DNA of 11,535 nucleotides from Bdellovibrionales bacterium. Its GTDB lineage: Bacteria; Bdellovibrionota; Bdellovibrionia; Bdellovibrionales; UBA840. A program made the translations under genes and the position numbers. Shown here piece by piece: positions 1-7,106 of the stretch. The notes beneath the pieces were generated by a model, which saw only the letters and a list, made by a program, of their open reading frames with translations, did not search any database and had not been told where the DNA came from. The DNA lies in assembly GCA_037969075.1 (NCBI GenBank), contig JBBKWS010000107.1, forward strand, positions 1-11,535, read 5' to 3'. How positions within the stretch are numbered: position 1 is the first letter of the stretch; the number at the start of each line of letters is the position of its first letter.

Positions 1-500
1 CCAGCATATAAATCAATTAATCCTTGGTCCATTTGTAGCATAAATTGTGATTGCCTGCGTGTATAGCCCATGGATTCATATTGATTGATCGTCATATAGT
101 TTTTAATGCTTCGATACGCTTTTCCCCATTTAATAATGCGGGTAAAAGGCCTTTGCATCCAAAGCTTAGTGATGTGAAGTTTGCGGGGAATCAATCCACA
201 TACAGATCTTAAAAAGGTGGTTAAGAAGCTTTTATGCTTAACTTTTATCACTAAGTGGATGTGATTACCGACGTTCTGCATACTATAGATTTTAATAAAA
301 TTTAGCTTAGCCTGTCTTTCGATGATGATCTCAACTCGTCTGTCATAATGCTTTAAAATATGTTTTCTTGCTTTCAATACAAGATGAATTGAAGCCTTTG
401 ATGAAAAGGGTCTAGCTGTCTTTGCATGGGAGTTTTTCAAAAGACTTCCGCCAAATGCCGTACTGGTTGTTTCCTTAAAAAGCTTTAGTTGTTTACTCAT
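1..500 (-). CDS. HUH/Y1 tyrosine transposase-like protein (IS200 TnpA / REP-associated RAYT-like); 3' end runs off the window; absent from the supplied ORF track
   Basis: Manual translation from ATG at 500 gives 166 codons with no stop: MSKQLKLFKETTSTAFGGSLLKNSHAKTARPFSSKASIHLVLKARK...SMQNVGNHIHLVIKV...KLWMQRPFTRIIKWGKAYRSIKNYMTINQ... It has an HUH motif N-H80-I-H82-L (255-266), an N-terminal strand His (IHLVL), an LW-x-x-R-P-F segment and a putative catalytic Y135-x-x-x-N139, the order and spacing of Y1 transposases. Confidence 0.85.
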   Translation of the reverse strand, partial: MSKQLKLFKETTSTAFGGSLLKNSHAKTARPFSSKASIHLVLKARKHILKHYDRRVEIIIERQAKLNFIKIYSMQNVGNHIHLVIKVKHKSFLTTFLRSVCGLIPRKLHITKLWMQRPFTRIIKWGKAYRSIKNYMTINQYESMGYTRRQSQFMLQMDQGLIDLYA

Positions 501-536
501 TGCAGGGGTTTTACAATCAGATAGTAGCGATGTCAA
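501..536 (-). promoter_or_regulatory. Putative sigma70 promoter for the Y1 transposase gene (leaderless arrangement)
   Basis: Minus strand reads TTGACA (536-531), 17 nt, TAAAAC (513-508), 7 nt, ATG (500). Perfect -35, ideal spacer, 4/6 -10. No Shine-Dalgarno before the ATG. Confidence 0.55.
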
Positions 537-595
537 ATCTATAGTAAAAACATATACATTCAGTCTTAATAGATTCCTCATTACATCAAAAATAT

Positions 596-1666
596 TTATA
601 ACTTGTAGTAAAACCTAACTGGCAGTCCGCCATTTCGAAATTCAACATAAGAGGCGTTAGCTATAATGAACGCCTTAGGGACTAAGACTCCCCAGGTTTT
701 AAATCTTTGAATGACTTCAACCCAAGCTTGCAACTCTTTATTTGATGAATCCAAGCGTTTACCGTAAGGAGGGTTACAAACAACAACGGTATTAGTGGTA
801 TCTATTTTAGTTAAAAAATCTTTCATATCTAGATTACTAAATTCGATGTTCTTATAATCACTTAAGTTTTCTTTAGCAATACTTACTGCCGTAGCATCCA
901 TATCATTACAATGAACAGATTCGATTGGCAAAGATAGTACCTCAACTACAGGCTCTTTGTCAGTTGTCTTCTGCACGCTTGCAAATTTTTGATACGCATA
1001 CTGGTTTCTATATTCGTTCCAGCCTAAAGCTTCTCCTGCAAATGTACCTGATCCGCACATTGGATCAGCCAGAGTAAATGGAGTTTTTTGATTTTGTAAT
1101 AAAACACGCAATAATGCGCCAGCAATCGATTCACGCAAACTTGCAGGCCCTGTTTTTTTATTTGTACGTTTATACAAAGCCTCACCCGAGGTATCCATAG
1201 AAATTTGACATTGGTCATTATGAATACGTACGAAAACTCTATGTGCATAATTATAATCTAACTGTTTTGGTTGATAACCCTTTAAGTAGGTCTCAATGCC
1301 ATCTTCTACTGCTTTTTGCACTCGCTTTTCATTATTGATAAGCGAGCCAGAGCATGACACATCTAATTCGCACTTGCCATTAACTAGGTATAAATTCCAT
1401 GGGATTTTACTAGTTCGTTGAAAAAGCTTTGGAAGATCTCTACAGCTAAATTCTTTTAATCGTAAGAGCACGCGGGTAGGGGTTTTAAGGTATTTATTAA
1501 AACTATAGCCTACTTCTGGTGTGCAAACAACTTCAACTCCGCCAGTTAAAATTTTATAGTCGTTTAATGCTGGATATTTTTGCTGTATTTCAGACGCTAA
1601 AATTTCTTCAAGACCGGGTTGAATAATAACAAAAAATGTTTGGAGGTTATTTGTTGAGTCTTCCAT
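596..1666 (-). CDS. THUMP-domain class I SAM-dependent RNA methyltransferase (RlmL/YpsC-like, single-domain form)
   Basis: N-terminal PGLEEILASE and RVLLRL THUMP region, SMDTSGEALYKR, ASLRESIA, SAM-binding DPMCGSGT and amino-MTase NPPYG motifs. At 356 aa it corresponds to only the RlmL half of RlmKL. Confidence 0.88.
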   Translation of the reverse strand: MEDSTNNLQTFFVIIQPGLEEILASEIQQKYPALNDYKILTGGVEVVCTPEVGYSFNKYLKTPTRVLLRLKEFSCRDLPKLFQRTSKIPWNLYLVNGKCELDVSCSGSLINNEKRVQKAVEDGIETYLKGYQPKQLDYNYAHRVFVRIHNDQCQISMDTSGEALYKRTNKKTGPASLRESIAGALLRVLLQNQKTPFTLADPMCGSGTFAGEALGWNEYRNQYAYQKFASVQKTTDKEPVVEVLSLPIESVHCNDMDATAVSIAKENLSDYKNIEFSNLDMKDFLTKIDTTNTVVVCNPPYGKRLDSSNKELQAWVEVIQRFKTWGVLVPKAFIIANASYVEFRNGGLPVRFYYKL

Positions 1667-2395
1667 TTAAATTTTCTCTGACTTATCTAAAAAACGCCAT
1701 TTACCTTCAGGTAAATCACCTAATTCAAGCTTACCAATTCGTACACGTTTCAATAATAATACTGTTTTTCCCACAGACTCCACCATACGACGTATTTGTC
1801 GCTTCTTTCCTTGCGTTAATATAAACTGATACAAACCATCTCGCATTTTTGTTATTTTAACTGGTTTTAGTTTTTTTTGGTCTAAAACAAAGTCCGTCGA
1901 TAAATGTTTAATCTCTTTTTCTGTTAAATCCACATCTACTTTTACAATATACTCTTTTTCAACCGTTACCGTTTCGCCGATCACGCTTCGGGCCAGCACT
2001 CCATCTTGGGTAAGTAACAATAAACCTTTTGAATCAATATCTAATCTTCCCACCGGTGCTAAGCCTTTTAGTTGATACCTGTGCAGAGTTTTTTTGATAT
2101 CGGCATATTGAGATTCTTCTGTGATTAAACGAATAGCTGGAATATAGCCATCTTCGGCTTGACCCGATACGTAGCCCACCGGTTTATGTAAAACAATGGT
2201 GACCTTTTCGTCCAATTGGCGCTTAGCCTTTGAGCTTAAAGTGATGTTGTCGTCGGGAGAGACTTTTGTGCCCAAGACATTACAAACTTCTGCATTTACA
2301 AGCACTAAACCTTGAGAAATTAGGTCGTCAGCCTCTCTGCGGGAACAAATCCCTAAATCTGCTAAACGCTTAGACAATCTGATACGATCTGACAT
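1667..2395 (-). CDS. RsuA/RluB/RluE/RluF-family rRNA pseudouridine synthase with S4 domain
   Basis: S4 domain (RLSKRLADLGICSRREAD), HKPVGY, catalytic GRLD, EKEY, GKKRQIRRM and LKRVRIG motifs. SD AAGGA upstream; the stop codon abuts the methyltransferase ATG. Confidence 0.93.
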   Translation of the reverse strand: MSDRIRLSKRLADLGICSRREADDLISQGLVLVNAEVCNVLGTKVSPDDNITLSSKAKRQLDEKVTIVLHKPVGYVSGQAEDGYIPAIRLITEESQYADIKKTLHRYQLKGLAPVGRLDIDSKGLLLLTQDGVLARSVIGETVTVEKEYIVKVDVDLTEKEIKHLSTDFVLDQKKLKPVKITKMRDGLYQFILTQGKKRQIRRMVESVGKTVLLLKRVRIGKLELGDLPEGKWRFLDKSEKI

Positions 2396-2404
2396 GATTC
2401 CTTC

Positions 2405-2456
2405 TTGACATTTTCCTTGGGCGATTAATAATCAGCTTTACCATTATTTACAAGGA
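2405..2456 (+). promoter_or_regulatory. Putative sigma70 promoter and RBS for the yfgM-bamB operon, within a 67-bp divergent intergenic region
   Basis: TTGACA at 2405-2410, 16-nt spacer, AATAAT at 2427-2432; SD AAGGA at 2452-2456, 6 nt before the ATG at 2463. Confidence 0.5.
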
Positions 2457-2462
2457 TTATCC

Positions 2463-3113
2463 ATGGAAACGACAAAGACATCTGCTTTTTTTGACCAAAT
2501 CTCAAAGATCAAACGTGAGTTGATTATTGGTGTATTAATTATATTCGTTGCCGGTCTTGGCTTCGCAATTTACGGCCACCTTGAGGAGAAAAAAGAATAC
2601 ACAGCCTCTCAAGAGTATTTTGCGATTACTAAGAATTGGAAAAATACAGAAAAGCCTGTTGAAAACTTGAATGATGAATCTGCAAGAGCTCAATTAGAAG
2701 CTTTTTTGGACAAACACAAAAGCACAAGCTCTGCCATTTCTGCGGCCGTACTTTTAGCTGATCACTATAGTTCAAAAGATAATGAAGAAAAGGCCCTTAG
2801 TGTTTTAGAGAAAAATGCGGTAGGCAGCCCAAAATCTTTTGTAGATGCTCTTTACTTATATAGAAAATCTATTTCTTTAGAAAGATTAGGTAAGTGCGAT
2901 ACAGCAATTACAGTTTTAGACAAACTGATATCTGCAAAACATGCTATTTACTTACAAGCCGATGCAAGATTGCAAAAAGCTTTATGCCTAGAACAAGTTG
3001 GTAAAGTAGAGGAAGCAAAAGTTGAATACGAAAATGTTAGCAAAAACTTTGCAGACACAGAAGCTGGCAAAAATGCAAAAAAATACTTACGCTTATTAGA
3101 TATAGGGGCATAA
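2463..3113 (+). CDS. yfgM: YfgM-like membrane-anchored TPR protein (ancillary SecYEG subunit)
   Basis: Single N-terminal TM helix (LIIGVLIIFVAGLGFAIY) followed by TPR-like helices (ARLQKALCLEQVGKVEEAKVEYE); about 216 aa; sits directly upstream of a bamB-like gene, the conserved yfgM-bamB order. Confidence 0.75.
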   Translation: METTKTSAFFDQISKIKRELIIGVLIIFVAGLGFAIYGHLEEKKEYTASQEYFAITKNWKNTEKPVENLNDESARAQLEAFLDKHKSTSSAISAAVLLADHYSSKDNEEKALSVLEKNAVGSPKSFVDALYLYRKSISLERLGKCDTAITVLDKLISAKHAIYLQADARLQKALCLEQVGKVEEAKVEYENVSKNFADTEAGKNAKKYLRLLDIGA

Positions 3114-4235
3114 GTGAAAAAACAGCTACTACTTTTTCTTAGTGTTTTATTGGTATCTGGGTGTCAGTATTTACGGACTAAGCCAGTAGAAACCTTTTAC
3201 TTAAATAATTCACAAACCACTCACTTAAAATTAAACGAAAATCTAGATGCCAGATTATTTAATTCAGCGCCCCCTTTGATCACAGAAGACAAGGTCATTA
3301 CGGGCAATGCACAAGATGGCATCAGAGCATTTACGTTTAATGGTAGCGAATTATGGAAAAAAGAAATTTCGGCGGGTATAGAAAGCGGTTTTACGTCTAA
3401 AGGTAATCGCCTTTACTTTGGTGCCAATGACTATAAGTTTTATTCTCTTAATTTAGAGAGTGGTATCGAGGTATGGCACTTTGATACTGAGGGGGAGGTT
3501 TTAAGCCGCCCACTTCTTTACAATGACCGTTTATATTTTGTTACCGCCAGCAATACTTTGTATTGTCTGCAAGCAAAAGATGGAACGCTAGTTTGGCGCT
3601 ACAAACGAAACACAAGAGATGCATTTACTGTTAGAGGGGCCGCAACTCCTGTTATTCATCAAAATCGCCTATTTGTAGGTTTTTCTGATGGATTCTTTAC
3701 CGCCATAAATATTTCAAACGGTAGCTTGATATGGGAGCGAAATTTAGCCACTAATCTAAAATTTAAGGATGTAGATGCAAGCGCTGTAGTCGATGGCGAT
3801 ACTATTTATGTATCAGCTTATGACTCTGCATTATATGCGCTAAACAGCAAAGAGGGGCGCGTTTTATGGTCCATAGAGGCTGGCGGCTCATATCCCGTGA
3901 CTATCGCTAATAACAAGATTTACTATTCAACGAGTGACTCTAGACTTCTAATCATTGATAAACAAACTGGCAAAATTACTAATGAAAAATACGCTAAGGG
4001 GATCTTTCAAACCGCACAGGTGAAAGACAACTTACTTTTCTTAGCAGACTCGGCAGGTCCTTTAAAAGTTTTTGACGCAAATTTAGATAAGCAATTAGAT
4101 GAGTTTTACCCAGGCCACGGAATTAGTTCGCCGCTAACAATGTCTACAACTGACAAAAGTCTTTATTTTCTATCATTTGGGGCAAATCTGTTTCGCTTAG
4201 ATTACGGTTGGGCGCCACAATTAGGAGCTTATTGA
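3114..4235 (+). CDS. bamB: BamB-like PQQ-repeat beta-propeller outer membrane lipoprotein
   Basis: GTG start abuts the upstream TAA; lipobox LVSGC; repeated PQQ-type blades (GSELWK, SGIEVWH, DGTLVWR, NGSLIWE, DVDASAVV, EGRVLWS); 373 aa; context next to yfgM. Confidence 0.8.
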   Translation: MKKQLLLFLSVLLVSGCQYLRTKPVETFYLNNSQTTHLKLNENLDARLFNSAPPLITEDKVITGNAQDGIRAFTFNGSELWKKEISAGIESGFTSKGNRLYFGANDYKFYSLNLESGIEVWHFDTEGEVLSRPLLYNDRLYFVTASNTLYCLQAKDGTLVWRYKRNTRDAFTVRGAATPVIHQNRLFVGFSDGFFTAINISNGSLIWERNLATNLKFKDVDASAVVDGDTIYVSAYDSALYALNSKEGRVLWSIEAGGSYPVTIANNKIYYSTSDSRLLIIDKQTGKITNEKYAKGIFQTAQVKDNLLFLADSAGPLKVFDANLDKQLDEFYPGHGISSPLTMSTTDKSLYFLSFGANLFRLDYGWAPQLGAY

Positions 4236-4236
4236 T

Positions 4237-4647
4237 ATGAAATTTTATCTTATATTACTACTTAGCTGTTCTATGATTTCTTGTACTATGACTAAATGTA
4301 GACAGAAAAAAGATGAAAAGACATTTGTCGAGCAAGTCGAAAATTTACCTGATTTTAAATCAAAAGAATCCAAGTCCATAAAAGCAGGGGATCTAGAGAC
4401 AGTTAGAGTTTATAAAGTTGATGGCACAAGACAGTGTGAAACGATACGGCCAATACCTGTGAGTGAGCTAAAACAGCAACTTGAAGACAACCGCGTGAAA
4501 GTCTTGAAGGTTGAGCATACTACTGATGGAGTGATGCACATACAGTCTTGTGGGTCAGAAACCGGCGGGGTTTACGTATTTGATATTCAGCGCTTAAGTT
4601 TACCTAAGGCATTAAAACTTGGTTACAAGAACTTTAAGAACTTATAG
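4237..4647 (+). CDS. Uncharacterised lipoprotein with DGTRQC...QSCGSETG Cys-motif domain
   Basis: Hydrophobic signal with lipobox-like Cys (LLSC or MISC); starts 1 nt after the bamB stop; C-terminal domain with two Cys in Gly-rich motifs. Confidence 0.75.
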   Translation: MKFYLILLLSCSMISCTMTKCRQKKDEKTFVEQVENLPDFKSKESKSIKAGDLETVRVYKVDGTRQCETIRPIPVSELKQQLEDNRVKVLKVEHTTDGVMHIQSCGSETGGVYVFDIQRLSLPKALKLGYKNFKNL

Positions 4648-5289
4648 CCACAATTCATCTGTATAATTAAACAAGCACTGTTTTTTAATCTTTTGTAAGT
4701 ATGCGTGAATTGCATCAGAAAATTGAAACTCGGGAACCACGTATAAACCCCATAGGTGAGAAGCGATAAGTATGTCTTTAATAGTTACATGAGAAGACTG
4801 ATAAAATGGAATTAACTCCACTTCAATTTTTTGTAACAGCGGAGCTAGTTCTTTTAGAAACTCTTCTTTTCTTTCAATTAGATTTTTAAAAGGGCCCTTT
4901 TTTTCTTCTTTTTTCTTCAAAACGTAATCTCTAGCGGTAGGACTAAATTCTTTAGTATAAATCCAAATAGGCCAAGTAAGATTGTGTATTGGTCCACCAA
5001 GCGCGCTAATAAAATCCTCAAGCTCCTTTCTGACTGTGCCTGACTCATAAAAATCCTTGGTGGCAAGACTATTTTCTGCGTCTAATTTTAAAATGATATC
5101 TAAACTCTCATTAATAGCCCCATCTTGGTCTTCCCAAATTGGGAGCATTTTTTTCCCAATTAAGGACGTAGGGGTCTCTACATCATCATAATCGATCACC
5201 TTAGATACGTAAGGTATGTCTAAAAAGCCCAGCGACATACGTACACGTATACAAAAGGGGCAATGTGGAAAGTGATATAGTGCACTCAT
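4642..5289 (-). CDS. grxB: Glutaredoxin 2 (GST-like fold); start revised from 5349 to 5289
   Basis: LYHFPHCPFCIRVRM active site, LIGKKMLPI, INESLDII and C-terminal helical domain. The ATG at 5289 has SD GAGGTG and gives 215 aa, the usual Grx2 length. Confidence 0.88.
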   Translation of the reverse strand: MSALYHFPHCPFCIRVRMSLGFLDIPYVSKVIDYDDVETPTSLIGKKMLPIWEDQDGAINESLDIILKLDAENSLATKDFYESGTVRKELEDFISALGGPIHNLTWPIWIYTKEFSPTARDYVLKKKEEKKGPFKNLIERKEEFLKELAPLLQKIEVELIPFYQSSHVTIKDILIASHLWGLYVVPEFQFSDAIHAYLQKIKKQCLFNYTDELWL

Positions 5290-5365
5290 TAGGTCACCTC
5301 GATGCTTTGCAAAAGAAATATACAGACTCAAACTTAAGACCACAAGCATTATCTTTATCTAAGCT

Positions 5366-5417
5366 TTGTCCTAAGCCTCTATTTTTGTTAAAAAAATCTA
5401 TCTTAAAAAGGGAAGGG
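5366..5417 (+). promoter_or_regulatory. Possible sigma70 promoter and RBS for phnDCE
   Basis: TTGTCC (5366-5371), 17 nt, TAAAAA (5389-5394) with an extended TG at 5386-5387; purine-rich SD AAGGGAAGGG at 5408-5417. Weak consensus in AT-rich DNA. Confidence 0.3.
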
Positions 5418-5422
5418 TTACA

Positions 5423-6328
5423 ATGTTGAAACGTAGTTTTTTAGTACTTTCGATCATGGTATTAGTTCTTAGTGGTTGTTTTGATAAAAAAGGGGAGCTG
5501 GGCACAAAAGATAATCCCATCAAACTATTCTTTGTTCCATCTGTGGACGCAAACTTAATTGCAGATAAAGCCAAAATTGTAAAAAAATATTTGGAAGAAC
5601 ATACACCTTATAAATATGATATTCGCGTACCCTCAAGTTTTGTTGCCGTCGTGGAAGCATTTGGTACAAACCGTGCTGATGTTGCAGCTCTTAATACCTT
5701 TGGCTATATCATGGCCCATGATAAATACGGAGTTCAAGCCATCATAACCTTAATCCGTCATGGACAATCAAAATACAGATCACAAATTGTAGCTAGAGCT
5801 GATAGTAAAATTAAAAAGTTTGCCGATTTAGAGGGTAAGAAATTTGCTTATGTAGATCCAGCTTCTACTTCGGGCTACTTATTGCCAGCAAAAATGTTTT
5901 TAGATAAGGGCATTAAACCATCTGAAACCGTATTTGCGCAAAAACATGATAACGTGATTACTATGGTTTACCAAAAGCAAGTAGATGCTGGTGCTACATT
6001 TTATTCTCCTCCATCAGATAGAGGTGTTGAAGATGCAAGACGATTGGTAAAGACCCAATATCCAAATATTGAAAAAGAAGTTGTTATCATCGAGCTTACA
6101 GATGAAATCCCTAACGATCCTATTGTGATTCGTAAGACACTTCCTGAAGAGATGAAAAAAACTATCCAAACTGCTTTTATGGATTTTATTGCGACAGAAG
6201 ATGGCAAATCCGCATTCCGTGATTTATACGGAGCAGATTCCTTTATCACAGCAACTGACGAGGATTATGATTCAGTAAGAGCAATTTTAAAATCTCTGGG
6301 CACTAGTGCTTCGAGTCTGGTGAAATAA
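5423..6328 (+). CDS. phnD: Phosphate/phosphite/phosphonate ABC transporter substrate-binding lipoprotein
   Basis: Lipobox LSGC19; KYRSQIV, FAYVDPASTSGYL (STS), KHD and EIPNDPIVIR motifs of the PhnD/PtxB family; first gene of an ABC operon. Confidence 0.9.
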   Translation: MLKRSFLVLSIMVLVLSGCFDKKGELGTKDNPIKLFFVPSVDANLIADKAKIVKKYLEEHTPYKYDIRVPSSFVAVVEAFGTNRADVAALNTFGYIMAHDKYGVQAIITLIRHGQSKYRSQIVARADSKIKKFADLEGKKFAYVDPASTSGYLLPAKMFLDKGIKPSETVFAQKHDNVITMVYQKQVDAGATFYSPPSDRGVEDARRLVKTQYPNIEKEVVIIELTDEIPNDPIVIRKTLPEEMKKTIQTAFMDFIATEDGKSAFRDLYGADSFITATDEDYDSVRAILKSLGTSASSLVK

Positions 6329-6329
6329 A

Positions 6330-7097
6330 ATGGAAACTATATTAAAAATTAATAATCTCGAGAAAACATACCCTAACGGAGTAACTGCCTTAAAGGGGAT
6401 TAGCTTTGATGTAAAAAAAGGGGAGTTTTTAGTGATTATCGGTCTTTCAGGATCTGGTAAATCAACCCTTTTACGTTGCCTCAATCGCCTGCATGATCCA
6501 ACAGGCGGAGAAATTATTTTTCGTGATAAAGATATCGCCAAGGTAACAGGCCGAGAGGTTAGGTTTTTGCGTCGTAAGATAGGGATGATCTTTCAACAAT
6601 TTAATCTTGTTGAACGTCATACCGTAATTAAAAATGTATTAATGGGTGCTTTATCAAGGACCTCTACACTTGGGAGCATTTTTGGTCTTTTTTCTCAAAA
6701 AGATAAAGACAATGCTTTAAAGTATTTAAAACTTGTAGGGATTGATTCAAAAGCGAATAACCGTGCTGACCAGCTATCAGGGGGTCAGCAGCAAAGGGTG
6801 GCAATTGCTAGAGCGCTTAACCAATCGCCTGACATATTGCTGGCAGATGAACCTGTGGCAAGTCTTGATCCTGCCACTTGCCACACAGTTATGGACCACT
6901 TAAGAAAAGTAAACCAAGAGCTAGGTATTACTATAATTTGTAATTTGCATTTTTTAAGTTTAGTTCGTCAATATGCAACTAGGGTAATTGCGTTAAAAGC
7001 CGGCGAAGTGGTTTTTAACGGTAGTCCAAAAGATATAACAGAAGAGTGGTTTCAAAAAATATACGGCGAAGGCGCAAAAGAAGTTCACGTCAATTAG
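6330..7097 (+). CDS. phnC: Phosphonate ABC transporter ATP-binding protein
   Basis: Walker A GLSGSGKS, Q-loop FQQFNLV, signature LSGGQQQRVAIARAL, Walker B/D-loop ILLADEPVASLDP and H-loop NLH, typical of PhnC. Confidence 0.93.
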   Translation: METILKINNLEKTYPNGVTALKGISFDVKKGEFLVIIGLSGSGKSTLLRCLNRLHDPTGGEIIFRDKDIAKVTGREVRFLRRKIGMIFQQFNLVERHTVIKNVLMGALSRTSTLGSIFGLFSQKDKDNALKYLKLVGIDSKANNRADQLSGGQQQRVAIARALNQSPDILLADEPVASLDPATCHTVMDHLRKVNQELGITIICNLHFLSLVRQYATRVIALKAGEVVFNGSPKDITEEWFQKIYGEGAKEVHVN

Positions 7098-7106
7098 GGG
7101 TAGATA

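Noticed and set aside
501..595. IS200/IS605 left-end hairpin or REP element upstream of the Y1 gene
   Set aside because: No convincing stem-loop or GTAG-plus-palindrome seen, so no mobile element boundary was called.
1024..1824. Track ORFs 1024..1248 (-) and 1636..1824 (+)
   Set aside because: Lie within or antisense to the well-supported methyltransferase and pseudouridine synthase genes; no motifs.
1871..1878. Homopolymer T/A runs (here, near 4890 and near 6155) as phase-variation or frameshift sites
   Set aside because: Runs of 7-8 nt encode Lys-rich stretches in intact frames and are expected in AT-rich DNA.
5290..5349. 20-aa N-terminal extension of grxB in the ORF track
   Set aside because: The ATG at 5289 has a good SD (GAGGTG) and gives the canonical Grx2 length and N-terminus.
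5330..5400. Pho box upstream of phnD
   Set aside because: The CTAAGC repeats are 12 bp apart and do not match the CTGTCAT 11-bp periodic consensus.
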